From the NCBI GenBank assembly GCA_013239625.1, contig MU053216.1, positions 932,001 to 996,000 on the forward strand: a DNA stretch of 64,000 nt, given 5' to 3'. Shown here piece by piece: positions 49,193 to 62,520 of this stretch (position 1 is the stretch's first letter; each line of letters opens with the position of its first letter). The notes under the pieces were generated by a model. The model was given only the letters and a program-made list of their open reading frames with translations. It ran no database searches and was not told the origin of the DNA. This stretch comes from Lama guanicoe (lineage: Eukaryota). The position numbers were made by a program, and so were the translations under genes.

Positions 49193-52100
49193 ATTATCAC
49201 GGCAAACGACACGCCTGGACCTCTCTTCACTCGTTAATTTACTCTCCATCGCCTCTGCTGACTCTTGACAATGAAAGAATGGGAACCTCTTGTGTGACCC
49301 TTTTTCACCTCCCAGTTTTTGTCAGTTGCATTACCATTTCATCCACTCACTCAACAATTATTTACGGAGGCTCGACTGACTGTGCCAGGCAACAGTCTAG
49401 GTGCTGGAAACACAGGGGTAAAGGAAACAGCTAAAACTGCCTGCCGGCGCAGAGCCTGCATTCTGGTAGAGGAGTCAGACGAGAAATAAGGAGAAAATCA
49501 AGACTTTTTGATGGCGATGTGTGTGGTGCAGGAAGTCAGGAGGGAGGGGATACAGTGTGTGTGCATTGGGGGCAGGTTTAAACAGGGCAGTCGACGACCT
49601 CACTGAGAAGGCGATGTCTGAACAAAGCGCTGAGTGGAGTGAGGAGGTGGAGCAGGAGATGGCGGGGCAGGCGGTCTCGGGGTGGGGGGGGAGCCCCGAG
49701 GGAGCAGCACGCGGCCTTGCTGGAGGGATGGTGAGGAGAGTGGCCTGGGGATCCAGGCCAGGAAGCCAGGGCAGGCGACACTGACGGGCTGTGGTGCGCT
49801 GCGAACAGTGCTCTGCCGTGTCCAGTTGGCACAGTGCCAGTACACAGTCTCTTGGTAAATAAAATGGTCTTCAGCGCTTTTTCTACGGGTTGAGCCTCAC
49901 GATGAATGATCACTGAAGAGTGTTTATCATAAGATTAAGTAAATACTGTAGAAAATAGGAGAGATTTTACTTCTGGTGCCTCCATCCCACCCTCCTTTCC
50001 GCCCTGTCCTGGGCAGCCATGCAGAATGGACCGGGGCACCCTCCTCCCCACCACGGTCTACTCAGAGCATCTCCAGAGCACTGATCCCTGGAGCTGTTTT
50101 GTAGTCTCACCCATTCCAGCTAGACTCAGACGGATGGACAAGCGGTGCAGATCAGCCTCCCTGGGGGGGGGGGAGGAGGCAGGGGGCAGAAGGAGGAGCC
50201 AGCCCTGGGCTGCGGCCAGGGGATGTTCTGTCCAGCAGTTCTGTGCGGAGTCAGCAAGTCCTTAAGAACTGAGTGAGTGTCTCTGGGACCCAGCACTGCT
50301 CCAGCCAAGGCCCCAGGGGCTAAGCGAGAACTCTGTTCCCATGGGCCCTGTACCCAGGGGTGGTGTACGGCTGTCCTGCAGGGTAGGAGCGCCAGCACTC
50401 GCCCCGTCCCTCTGGATCCTTGTGAGGCTCACGTAATCCAACTCAGGTCTGAGCCTCTCCCAGAGGGAGCCACCAGGCAGACACCAGTTCTGGGAAAGAC
50501 TTAAAATGAGCCACGCCCCTCATCCCAGGGGGTCATGAGACTGGAGGACAGAATTCCAGGGTCCAAAGACCTACTCAGGACACCTGGGAGATGTGGTGCT
50601 GGCAACCAGATGTTTAGCTGGTAATGAACTTCCAGCAATGGAGTGCGTCCGGCTGAACTTCCTCCCTGGCCTCCTCTTTACCCTCTTGCTACCCCGTGTT
50701 TCTGTCTTTTTTTGACCCATTTTCCTGTGTCCGAAAGCCTGGCGCCGGTCCAGCCAGTAACCTGAAGAGGACGGTGTGGGCAGCTGGTTCATGTCTAAAA
50801 GGGGCCCTGTGTACTCAGATGTCCACAGAGAGGTGTGCGGTGTCATCAAAAGTTCCCAGGCCCGCCTGGCCAGCCTCAACATTTACAAAGCTGTGTGACC
50901 CCATCTAGGCTGCTGAACCTCTCTGATCTCCTTGTTTGCATCTGGAAAATGAGCAGAATAATAATGATAATACCTATCTGGCAGGATAATCAAAATCACA
51001 GGAGAGTGCTCTGTGAACTTTCAAAGACCACACACCTGTGAATTCTCCAGGGATGGGAGAGGTCACTGAAGTGCCCCAGGCCCAGAGGAGGAGGAAATGT
51101 GAGAGAAAACCGAGTCAGGGGTAGAGCTGGTCTGGAGCCCTGGTTCCTCCGTAGAACTTTGGATCATGCAGGACTGTGCGAGGCTGGTGCGCTCAGGAGA
51201 CTCCCTACAGGGGATGTGGGTAGGGCCGGAGAGAGGAGCCACGGGAGGGCTTGGCTGGCAGACAGGCTAGACCTGGGTGGGGGTCCCTAAGGCAGGGCTG
51301 TGGGCACCTGGAGCTCCCTCCACTGCCGCTCTCTGGGCCTCAGGAGTTGTCTGTCTGGGGGCCTCCCCTCCCAGGGCCTGACCACTCTGTCTCCCAGGGT
51401 GGTGGTGGGGGGAGCCTCTGGGAGTTAGGGAGGTGGCCGGCCCACATGTGCACGTGTGCGGGCATCTCCTGTAGCACATGGGCTGAAGAGCTGTGGGTGG
51501 GAACTGATAGCTCCTTTCTTGGGTGCTCGGGGGAAGGCGCCCCTCCCCTCCACACTGGACCTCCTGTGTGTCCTTAGGGTCTCCAGCGCGGGACAGGGTG
51601 TGGATGCAAAGAGGTCTACTGCTGCCATCATTCCATATCATTGTTCCCCTAATAATCTGTCATTAACACGTCTATGGATAGGTCCTCAAAAGACAGATAG
51701 TCCTGGAGGGGCTGACCAAGACAGGGCAGCATTAGGACCTAGGAGAGCCGTCTTCCAGTGCCCGGACTAATCTCTCTGGGGTCCCCGCCCTCCACTAAAG
51801 CCAGGGAAGTCGAGGAAGGAATAACATTTATCAGGACTCAGAGAGCTTCCACAGGTGTTATCTGACTTGCTCACTAGGGCTCCAGGAGGTAGGAGTCCGC
51901 TCACCCTCCCACTGGACAGACGAGGAGACCGAAGGGTAATGCAGTCTGGGGGTGGGCAGGACGCCCCCGCCAGGCGGGGAGCGTCGAGGTCGGAGTCCCA
52001 CTCGCAGCTCTTACACCTTATGTGGCGCCCTTCAGCCAAAGAGGGAGGGAAGCTGCTTCCCACCCCTCCCTCCCCTCCCTCTTCAGCTCAGAATCCAGGG

Positions 52101-52935
52101 AAAAGTCCATTCTGGGGGGGAGGTTGACTAGACCTGCAGAGGGGAAGCAGCAGGCCTGGGGCGGACCCCACCGGGCGCCGGTCTAGGTGGTGAGCAGTGG
52201 GCCCCTCCAGTGTGTGCCACGGAGAGGATGCAGGCAGTGACACCGCCCGGTCACCAGTGGGGCGAGGGCGGGGGTCCTTCCTCCTCCATTGCGGGGAGGC
52301 CAAGGGACCTCAAGGTCCCTCTCTCCTCGGCTCGCACTGGGATGGGGAGGAGGAGGAGGGCGGAGGCAGAGGCCGCTGTGGGCGGTGGGTCTCCGGAGAA
52401 ATCTGCCGATGGGGGAGGAACCCGGTTTAGGCTTGATCCCGGCCCTCCTTCCCCAGCTCCTACCGCAGGATCGCCCTCGTTTCTTCTGATTGCGCAGTGC
52501 TGAGAGGGAGCTGGCCAAGCTGGGGAAGGGGACAGAGGCTGGGGAGCCAGAGCTCCTGCGTCCCGGGAAGCATCCAGCAGCTGTCCGGAGCACCCCCACC
52601 CCGCGCCCCGTGCGAGTCCCAACCCGAGTCACGGCGCGACCACGGAGCAGCCCCCCCACCCCATTGCAGCAACCCCTCTCATCTAGGAGACGCTCCCTCT
52701 TCCCCCTCACTACTCTCCCAGAGCCCAAGGCCTGGAGCTTCGGTCCCCAGAAACCGAAGACCCGAGGCCCGAAGGCTCGGGCAAGCAGCCCCCTGGGTCC
52801 CAGCGCCCTCCGCCCCGCGCCTCCAGCGGGACCGCGCCCCGCCCCCGGGCCGGCCGGGCGGCGCGCAGAGGAGGGGAGAGGACGGGAGGGGAGGGGAGGG
52901 GAGGGCAGGAATGCGCCGCGCAGGAGGCGGGCGCG

Positions 52936-52955
52936 GGACATGTGAGGGCACATCC
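52936..52955 (+). promoter_or_regulatory. Putative p53 response element near the PHLDA3 TSS
   Basis: GGACATGTGA GGGCACATCC: two adjacent degenerate RRRCWWGYYY decamers with no spacer. PHLDA3 is an established p53 target. Confidence 0.6.
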
Positions 52956-53070
52956 CGCGAGCAGCCGCCCAGCGCGCAGACGGCCCGGGGTGTGAGTGGG
53001 CGAGCGGGCGAGCGGGCGGCCGGGCTCTCGGGCCCGGAGAAGGCGCGGCGCGGCGCGGAGGAGCGGCGGG

Positions 53071-53210
53071 NNNNNNNNNNNNNNNNNNNNNNNNNNNNNN
53101 NNNNNNNNNNNNNNNNNNNNNNNNNNNNNNNNNNNNNNNNNNNNNNNNNNNNNNNNNNNNNNNNNNNNNNNNNNNNNNNNNNNNNNNNNNNNNNNNNNNN
53201 NNNNNNNNNN
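53071..53210. other. Assembly gap (140 N) in the PHLDA3 5' UTR
   Basis: Run of N inside extremely GC-rich sequence. Confidence 1.
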
Positions 53211-53211
53211 G

Positions 53212-53598
<387 letters not shown>

Positions 53599-53660
53599 AC
53601 CGCGGGCGTGCGTCTTAGCTTCACGCTGCCCGTGGACGCGGTGCTCGGAGGCCGAGTCGG

Positions 53661-55001
53661 GTAAGCCCCTGGGGTCTGAGCCCTCCTTCCCTCTTGCCCT
53701 CCCGTCCCCTCGTTCCCCTGCGGAGAAAATGGAGCCTGCCACCAGGGTTCCGCTCAAAGCTGGACCCTACTAGGGCCAACAGGAGAGGGGACTCAGGAGG
53801 CCTGGGCCTGGGCACCCCGGGGCACCCGGCAGGGAGGTCTGAACGTGACCCTAGCGGGTGTCCGAGAGGAAGGGGGGCAGGAAGCTTCAGGCCGGTTATG
53901 CCCCGGCTCAGGGCAGGGAGGCTGGCTGGCTGGCTGGCTGGCTGGCAGGCAGTCTGTCCCTCAGGCTGCTGGGCCTCTGCCTCCACGGGGCAGGGCCCCT
54001 GGGCTGTTCCTGGGAGCTGTGGAGGGGGGAGGGACATGAGCTTGCCCCTCCTTTCTGCTGGGATGACACTCGTCCAGGAGTTTGAGCCGGGGAGTTGAGG
54101 AGGGAGAGTCTTCCTCAGCTCTCAGGGTCCTCCAGGCTGGCACCAGAACCGGAAGTGTAGCTCCCAAGGTGGGGCCTTGGGAGGGGGCTTGGCTCAGCTG
54201 GGCCTGGGAGCTTCACTACCTGTCATTGACGGTGGGTTTTGGGTCCCGGGGCTGAGCTGTCGGGAACCAGGGGAGTGGGGGGATGGGCAGTTCAGGCCGT
54301 TGACGCCCAGGGGTGGGCCGGTCCCCCTGCCCCTGAGTGCCCGGGCTGGGCCCAGGAGGAGAGGCTCGGGGAGGGGGTGTGAGACTGGGCAGGGGGTGGA
54401 TGGGTGTCCGATGGGGTCATGGTTTGTTATTTGTGATGTCTTAATCCTCCCTGGGTAGAGGGGCAGGGGGTGGGGGCGGGTCTGTGGTCAGGAAGGCTCT
54501 GGGGAGGGACCAGGAATAGAACCTAGAAGCCCTGGCTCCCAGCCCTGTGCCCTCTTCCCCCGACGCCACTCCCGCCCTGTGGGAACCAGGAGCCGGTTGA
54601 GGAAGGTCTAATTGTCGTCTCTCCGGTGGAAACGTATATCCCTCTAGCCCCACTGCCACCTCCGACCTCCTGACCTCCATGCCCTGCAGCTCCTGGCCTC
54701 ACCAGGTGGAGTCCCCGGGGCCTGGCGCCCCGCCTGGTGGTCGGTGGCAGTCGGGCGGTGCTGTCCACCCCACCCCTTTGACCCTCTCACGGTGCAGTGA
54801 GGGGGAGTGGAGAGGCTGGCATTCTGAAAAATGATCCACTTAGATTCGTCAGGCCTCTGGGATCACAGAGGGTTGTACAAATGCCATTTTCTGAGTTTCT
54901 CCTAAAGTGTAGGAGCAGGTAGGGAAGCCCTGGTCTCAGACAGCTCTGGCAGAGGCTCGTCCCCTGTCTGCCCTGCCCTAACTGCTGTTCTTTCTCACCA
55001 G
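53661..55001 (+). other. PHLDA3: PHLDA3 3'-UTR intron
   Basis: Donor CGG|GTAAGC at 53660/53661. Branch-point-like CCCTAAC at 54976-54982, a pyrimidine tract, and acceptor CAG ending at 55001. Confidence 0.75.
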
Positions 55002-55690
55002 CTGCCGGGTGCCTCTTGGCTCATGGAGCAAGACTGCTGCATTTGGCGAGGCACAAGCCGCAGAGGCGTTGGAGCTGGAGCAGTGGCCAGGCCGCGGAGG
55101 AGCCACTCCGGCTGAGGATGAAGATTCAGCCCCTGGGCACTCAGACTCTCAGGACACACAGGCTCTGGGCCTTCTGACTGCAGGCCTGGCCTCCAATACT
55201 GTGATGGAGAGCTGGCCTCAGAGCCCCTCCCACCGTGGCCCGGCCGTCTGCTTCACAGACTGCTGTTCCGCCCCTGCACACACCCAGAGGTGCCAGGCCT
55301 GCGGGAAGGCCGGCCCCCGGGGGCGGGGCACTGAGTCAGCGCCTCAGGACTCAGGAGGCCAGCTTGGCGCCCAGAGGAGGCACCACCCAGGCTCGCCTCT
55401 GGATTGTCTTTGCGGGGTCGCTGATGGGGTCACACTTGGGGATCGTCTGCTGCTTGGGTCCTTCTGGGACCCCCACCCATCCAGGCCTCTCTTTGCACAC
55501 TTCCTCCCCCCCGCCCCTCTCCTGCCCATCTCCCCACCCACCCCTCTGCGGTACTAGGTCTGGAGGGGGTGGGGTTCGGGTGGGGGTCCAGCCATTACCA
55601 TTTCACACCTGTCCCAAAATGCAGGTGCCCTGCAAAGGGCAGGGACCACACTGTTTGCTGAGTGAAATTCTTTGCTCCCAAAGACCCAGT
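55002..55690 (+). other. PHLDA3: PHLDA3 non-coding exon 2 (3' UTR; end uncertain)
   Basis: Follows the acceptor at 55001. No canonical poly(A) hexamer is nearby, so the end is inferred. Confidence 0.5.
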
Positions 55691-58600
55691 GCTTGGAGCA
55701 TCTGTCTCCTCTCCCCTACTTTCCCAGTCCACACCCTGTCCCCAGATCTCCAGCCTGGGGGGGGAGGGTCACTGCAACAGGGTCTCAGAGGAGGGAGGGC
55801 CGGGAGGCCCAGACTGAGGGGCGTCGCTCTGGCCCGCTCAGTGTTGACAGACGCCCCTCTGCCTGCTCTCCTGGAGGGGCGGCCCTGCGCCCTGAGCAGG
55901 ACCTGTCCCCTGTCCTGCACACCCCCAGCCTTTTTGTGCACCACGTCTTCCTTCCTGGGCGGTTTAAATGGGAGAACTTCAGCATCAGGGAGTCCGAGGT
56001 AGAGATGGGGCTGACCAGAGTTACACAGAAGCCACCAAGCGGGCCCGCCACGTGCGGCCCCCCCGTCGTAAAGCAGCGGCCTGCTTCAGAGTCTGGCAGG
56101 AGAAGGGGGCTGAGCGGCCCCGCAGCAAGTCGGAGTCTCTTAGTGCCTCCAGCCTGGGTGCCCCGTCAGACGCCTTCTGCCGTTCACCCAGACCCATCCT
56201 TTGTCCAGGCTTCTCTGCGGTTTCCTGCTTGTCGGCTGTGGAAACTGCATCTCACGATCGAGTAAGAACTTACAAATTACAAAGGGGTTTTGCAGACAGC
56301 TCAGGTATGATCTCATGAGGCCACACCCCCACCCCGTGGTGGCACAGAAGCATCTCCCGTGCCAGCCCTGACCCATGCCGTCGGCGTGCTGGGGTCAGCT
56401 GGCGGCGCCTGCCGTGAGCTCTGGGATGTGTGTGGAGGTGGTAGGGAGGGCGGTGTTCCCTTGATTCAAGCTACGTGCAAGGGTTAGCTTCTCCATCCTG
56501 CTATGGAACAGAATCCTTGCCCTTCCAGGGAGACCCAGAGGTGACTGGTGATGTCGGTGGGGGTTCAGGGAGGCGTCCAGGCCTCAGAAGGGGAGTGTTT
56601 GTGAGCAGACGGAACTGGGACTCGAGACACGCTCATTCAGCAAACACGGGAGACGCCTCTCGCAGCCGGGCTGTGCTGGGCACCGGGGGGCGGAGGAGGA
56701 GGAACGTCTGGCCCAGAGCCTGGTGGGGGGGAAGCGCCACCTGTGCCAAGAGGGCCGGTGCGAGCAGCCCAGGAGCACTGGCACTGCCTCCCTGGTCCTT
56801 GGCTCAGAGGGCTGATTCCAGGATGCAGGCTGCGAGGGGCAGCAGGGGGCACACACCGTGGAGGGGGAGGCGGCCTCCAGCTCCTGGCGCTTCCGGCTTT
56901 TTGGGAACACGCAGCCCTGTCGCTTCCAAGTTGGCTTTGGTTCCTGTCCAAGCCCAGCTGCAGCTTCTCCCCTTGCTGGGAGAGGCCCAGCCCCCCTGGA
57001 GCGTGAGCTGCGGTTGGAGCCCCCAGCCCAGAGCCCCGAGTGTAGAAGGCGCCCCCAAGGGCGGTTTTGGGGATGGGGGTAATCACTAAGAGCTGTAGCT
57101 CCCTGGAGGTGCCAAGGACTCACAGCGCAGGGGTCGGGGTCGGGGGCTCACACACTGGGTTTTGTTTTTGGTTTTTTTTTAAGATACGTGACCTCTGTGG
57201 GGAGTCTGTCTGCTGGGGAAGGGGTGTCCTCACTGCTCAGGCAACGAGTTTGGAAGAAGGAGTGTGGGCCCTCACCCTAGGAATGCTCGGCTGGACCGCA
57301 GCGCAGGGTCAAGCCCTTTTCGGGGGCGCAGAGAGGCCGGGACAGTGCCGGCAGACACTCAGGAGATGGAAAAACTTGCTCAGTTGGGCCTGAGGATGCT
57401 GCAGAGCCAGGGAGGGGCTGCTGCCACCATCTCTGCGCCCTGCGGCCCTGGCCTCACCCCTGCCCGATCCCTGAGTCATTGATGGGAAAGTGAGAAGGGC
57501 AAGTCCCAGCTCGAGCGGGGAGTCCACGGAGGCTGGGGGTGGGGAAGCTGCTCTGCTCGGGTGAGCTGGGGTTGGGAGCTGGGGCTTGGCCTGTGGCGGG
57601 GTGTCGCGGGAAGCTCGGAGCTGGAGCTGTGGCCGGAGCGAGTGGCATCGCGGCGTGTGACCCTGGACGCCGGCCTTTCCCGGAAGCTGAGGTGTATGGG
57701 CACCGTGGGGGTCGTCCCGCTGGGCCCGCGGACCCTGGCAAGATGGCTTTGTGCTGTACCAAGCTGCCGGAAGGCTGCAGACGAACCTGGGTCCTCTGGT
57801 CCACTTGAGTGTCCTGCGCAGAATGCTGCTCCTCCCGATTAACCCAGCCACCCAGGCTTCCTCACAGCAACAGGAGGAAATCCAGGCTCCCAGGAAGTGC
57901 ACCCTGCAGGTCAGGGCTCTCTCCAGTGTCCGTCTCCAGCATCTCCACGCCGGGGCCCCGTTCTGGGACTGGCAGAGGGCCTTTGCACCCACTGGTCACC
58001 CCACGTGGGGGGCCTCCCCGCTCAGCCCAGGCCTAGCAGCTGCCCTCTGCCCCAGGCCATGACTCTCCCACCACCACACTGCGTGGCGCCGCCACCTGCC
58101 CTGCTGAGCGGCCATCCTGTCATTTGTACGTTCCCACTGCCTCAGGGCTCCTGGTACCCGGGAGACTCGCCCCGCAGGCGCCGACCCATGGCCTGCACAG
58201 CAGGTCCTGTGCCATTCAGAGGCAGAGGTTGTCGATTGGGTTGGACATTAAGGAGCTGATGTCCAGAGAGGTTACATGACTTGTTCAGAGTCACACAGCA
58301 GCCAGCTGGGACTCGACCTGCCGGCGTGCCTGCAGACACGTGCTCCCAACCCCACACCAGACGGTCACTTCTTACTGGATGAGCCAGTGACTGACGGGGT
58401 TTGGCCACGATTTCTCTGGGAGGAGGGAGCTCAGAGGTGGGGCAGTGAGACCAAGCACTGAGGCGTGGGGGCTGCTTGGCTGGGAGAAGGGACATCTGTG
58501 GGCTGGGGTGGAGGCCTTGTGGAGAGGTGACTACAATCAGTCCTGGAAACGAGTGAGTCTAACCACGGGAGGGATGCTGGAGGTGTCCCAGGGCTGGAGG

Positions 58601-58827
58601 GTCTGCGTGTGCCCACAGGAATAAGGCCCAGGGCTGGACTCCTGGAACAGCAGAGGGACACAGCATGGGGAGGAGCAGTGAGACACTGGGGGACAGACAC
58701 TGTTTGCCTCATGACCTGGGTACAGGGCCTCCCCATCCTGCAGAGACAGGGACTGTGGGCTCGCACATGTGACACCATGTGGTAGTGGCCTGGTCCCAGA
58801 GCCCCACAGGGAGGGCTCAGCCCCTGA

Positions 58828-58937
58828 CAGGGTGACAAACCAGCCCAGCTTGCCTGGGACTCTCCCGGTTTTAGCACTGAAAACTGTGTCTTGAGAAGGC
58901 CCTCAGTCCTGGGGACTTGGGGACCATGGGTCACCCC
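58828..58937. mobile_element. MER81-like hAT-Blackjack MITE
   Basis: Terminal inverted repeats cagggtgac...gtcacccc with core cccggttttagcactgaaa. Confidence 0.7.
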
Positions 58938-61900
58938 AGCCTGGCCCAGCGTCAGGAAGCCTGGCCTCGCCCACCCTCTGGATCTCACTGGTCAGCTCTG
59001 CACACAGCACTCGGCCCCTGAAGGGACCATGCAGAGTCCCAGGCAGGAGCTATGATGCGATGGCCCAGGGGCACTGCCACCCCGCCTCCTGCACCAGCGG
59101 AATTTCTTGCATCCTGAGGAGAGTCAGGCCCTGGCTGCAGGGAGGAAGTCTCCCCCGCCCCACCCCAGTGCTTTGTGTCTGCTGCACCCAAGCCAGAGCC
59201 TGGCCCCCCTGTTGTGTCCTGGAGGGGAGTGGATGGCATGGGGAGGTGGGACCCGGAGGCAGGGACAGAACATGGGCGAGGGGCGGGGATGCAGAAGACG
59301 TTTGAGGTTTGAGGTGGTCCTTCTGAAGGAAGGATAGGATTCTGACTACCAGAGAGTGGGGAAAGCACAGGGGAGGATGCGGCCTGGGCAAAGGGACCAG
59401 GGCTGGAAAGGGTGAGACGCACTGAGCCCCGGGAGCAACAGGTGAGCACAGAGGGGGTGGCTGCCTCGGACCCACCGATGCTGACGCCGCTGACGGTGCT
59501 GGATGCTGCCGCTGGCCGTGTCTGGGCCTCCTTCTCCAGGTGGGCGGGGGAGGTGGGGAGAGCCCATCCCTCGCTGCTGGTCTTACACCCCCCCCTTTAT
59601 TTTATTACAAACGTCCGTTCATTGAAGAAAAATGTGGAAGGACAGAAAGTTGTAAAGAAGAAAGCAGATCTCGCCTGCGTGTCCCCTTCTTTCAGAGATG
59701 CCTGTCGTCAGCACGTTGTGTGTCCTGCTGCTTCCGCTCCTTCCAGGGGCGAGTGTGACGTGCAGTTACGGCATGTGGCGTGCGCTGCGTCATTGTTCAC
59801 ACACGGGGGCGTGCTATACGTATTCTAATATATCTTGATTTTTTATGTATTAATATGTTGTGTGATGAGGCCCTGATGTTAAATGTTTTAATGCCTGTAT
59901 ATTTTTCTGTATGCTTGTCATTGTTTATTTGACAGGCCAATCCCTTATGAGTTGGACTCCCTGTGTGGGGAGGCAGGCCTCCAGGCTAAGCAGGATGCGC
60001 AGACGCACAAACGGGGCTCGGAAAGTGACCCTGCCGGCCACTGTCAGTTCCGCTCGGCTGGGGTGGCCGGGGCAGCCATTCAGGGCTTTGCGCATGCAAA
60101 GCGAGGCTGCGGACCCTGCTCACCCCGCTTCCACACGGCCACAGACGCCTCTCCCTGCCTGGGTGGCCCCCGCGGGTCCGCCAGAATGGTCTGTTTCTCC
60201 AGCAAGCCCCCTCCCAGCAAGGTCTCTGGAAGCCCCCTCCCCCCCTTTGCCTTTGTCCTCACCCCGTGGGTTTGCAGACAGGGCCCTGACTCCGAGGAGC
60301 CTTCAGAGGGGAACTTGCTGTGTGGACACCGCAGCCCGCGGTGCTGGAAGAGCTTGGACTATCTCCTGACAGATTAAATGGCAGGCCTCGGGGCGGGCGA
60401 GTCCCAGCCCAGGGTGCAGAAAACTCAGGGCTGCTGTCCTGGCCCAGGGGCCTGGTGGAGAGGCAGTGAGTGGAGTGCGCAGAGTGGTGTCTCTCTCTCT
60501 CATACACGCACATGCACGCACACACACGCACACACACGCACCCTGCCAGCTCCTATGCCCTCACTTAGCCTCAGGGGCCAGGGCCCTGGGAGAGCCATCT
60601 GGCCACAAGGGCGACCGCCTTCCTCTGTTTCCTGCGTCTTCCTCAGACTGTGGCCCGTCTTGTGATTTTCTTTGCCAGATTTCGCTCTTCTCCAGGACTC
60701 CCTGGAGAAGGAAGCCCACATGGGCGGTTGGCCTCTGGCCACACTCTTACTTCCTGGCCTCGGTTTTCATAAATGGAGACTAAGAACAGTAATTTTCCCC
60801 TTTTCCAGGAATCCTGTGCAAATAAACAAGGTCAAGAGCACACAAGTGAGCAAAGAAGCTGTGTGGGTTCCCTGAGTTCTGGTCCCTGTGGGGCAGCCCT
60901 CAGCGCTGGTCTCCCATGAGCCGCACGCCCTGCATGAGCCCCAGCTCCTGCCTGGCCCAGGGAGGCCCCCCTCTTCCTTGGAGACTCACCTGGGAGCCCC
61001 GGCGGCAGGCAGAGCCGAATCAGGCCCTGGTGATCCCTGCCTCCTGCAGGGCTGGCACAGACCCCCTGGAGAGCCGGCTGGCTGGGGCCTTGCTTCTGAC
61101 CAGTGGGACAGATGTGGCCCCACGTCTGGGATTAGGCTGCGGAAGACTTTCTGCTCCTTCTGACGAAGAAAACGGCCGTGTCAGACGGGCCATTTGGCAG
61201 GGATGGAGGGTGGTCTGGGTCTCACCGCCCACCTTTCCGTTGGAGACAGGTCCCTCCTCAGTCAGACCTTCAGATGAGACCCTGCTCCTGGCTGATGACA
61301 GGATTGCTGCCTGGTGCGACCCTGGAGCAGAGGTCCGGCCAGACACGCTGGGGACCCGGACCCCGAGGAACCGTGAGATGAGGCCCATGTGGTTTACACC
61401 ACGAGTCTGTGACGACTTGCCACATGGTGATCGATGATAAAGCAGACACCGTCTTCAGAGTCTCTTCCTGCCCTGACAAGGCCAGGGCCCCCTGCTCACG
61501 CCCATCACTGTCCACCACACACTCCATGCAGCAGGAACCACACACTCTTCACCTTTTGTCTCTGCAGCTGGCTCTGCACCTGGCACACAGCGCGAGTTCA
61601 GTAGGTGTTTGCAGTGTCTGAGGTTCTGGAATCTCCCCCCATCTCTGCTCCCCACCTCCCTCCACGTCTGACAGTTTGCTTTTTCAGAAAGCAGTCCCGG
61701 AGCAGGCATCAGAGTGCCCTGGGCTGAGGGAGGGGCCAGGCCAGGCCATTGTGGGGCGAGTGCTCCCGGCTCAGCCCCCTGGGCTTGGGGGCCGCAGAGG
61801 AAAGCTGAGGGCTGGGAGGGAGCAAGGCAGGGTCCACGGTCTCCCATGTAGGCGATGCCCCTTCTCTCGCCGGCCTGCTAAGCCCAGGACATCCTGCCTT

Positions 61901-62067
61901 GCTGCCTCAGACATCCGGAATGTTCCCAGGCTGGAAGTTTGTCCCTGGCTGATGAGAAGTGCTCTCCCTATGGCAGGGAGGATGAACTCTTTGAGAAGGA
62001 AATTCTGACACAGGAGAGGGCCGGGGGCAGACACCTGCCCTCCTCACACCGTCGGGCAAGGAGATCG

Positions 62068-62520
62068 TGGCCAGCAGCCTCCTGTGGCTGCTGTGACCAG
62101 GGACACAAACGTGGTGGCTTGAAACCCCTTCTTTCACAGCTCCGGAGACCGCGAGTCCAAAGTCACCATCAGGCTGATGACGGCCGAGGCCAGGCTGTCG
62201 GCAGGGCTGTGCTCGCTCTGAGCCTCTGGGCAAGAATCAGTTCCTGCCCGTCCAGCTCCTGGGCTCCAGGTGTCCTGGGCTGTGGCCGCATCACTCTAAC
62301 CTCTCCCCTGTGGTCACGGTGCCCCCTCCTCTTCTGTCTGTAATGCTCCGTGTGCCGCCCTCTCACGGCCCCGCGATAAACTTCACAGCCCACCTGCATA
62401 GTCCGGGATCATCTCCCCAGCTCAAGAGCCTTCATGTGGTCCCATTTGCTAAGTCTTTGCCATGTAAGGTAATATGCACAGGTTCCAGGGATGAGGATGT
62501 GGACATCCGGGGGGCTGTCA
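62068..62520 (-). mobile_element. MaLR LTR (MLT1C/D-like)
   Basis: gctgctgtgac...ggtggcttgaaac...tcacagctccggag...tgtggccgcatcactctaacctct...gccatgtaaggtaatatgcacaggttccagggatgaggatgtggacatc. Confidence 0.75.
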
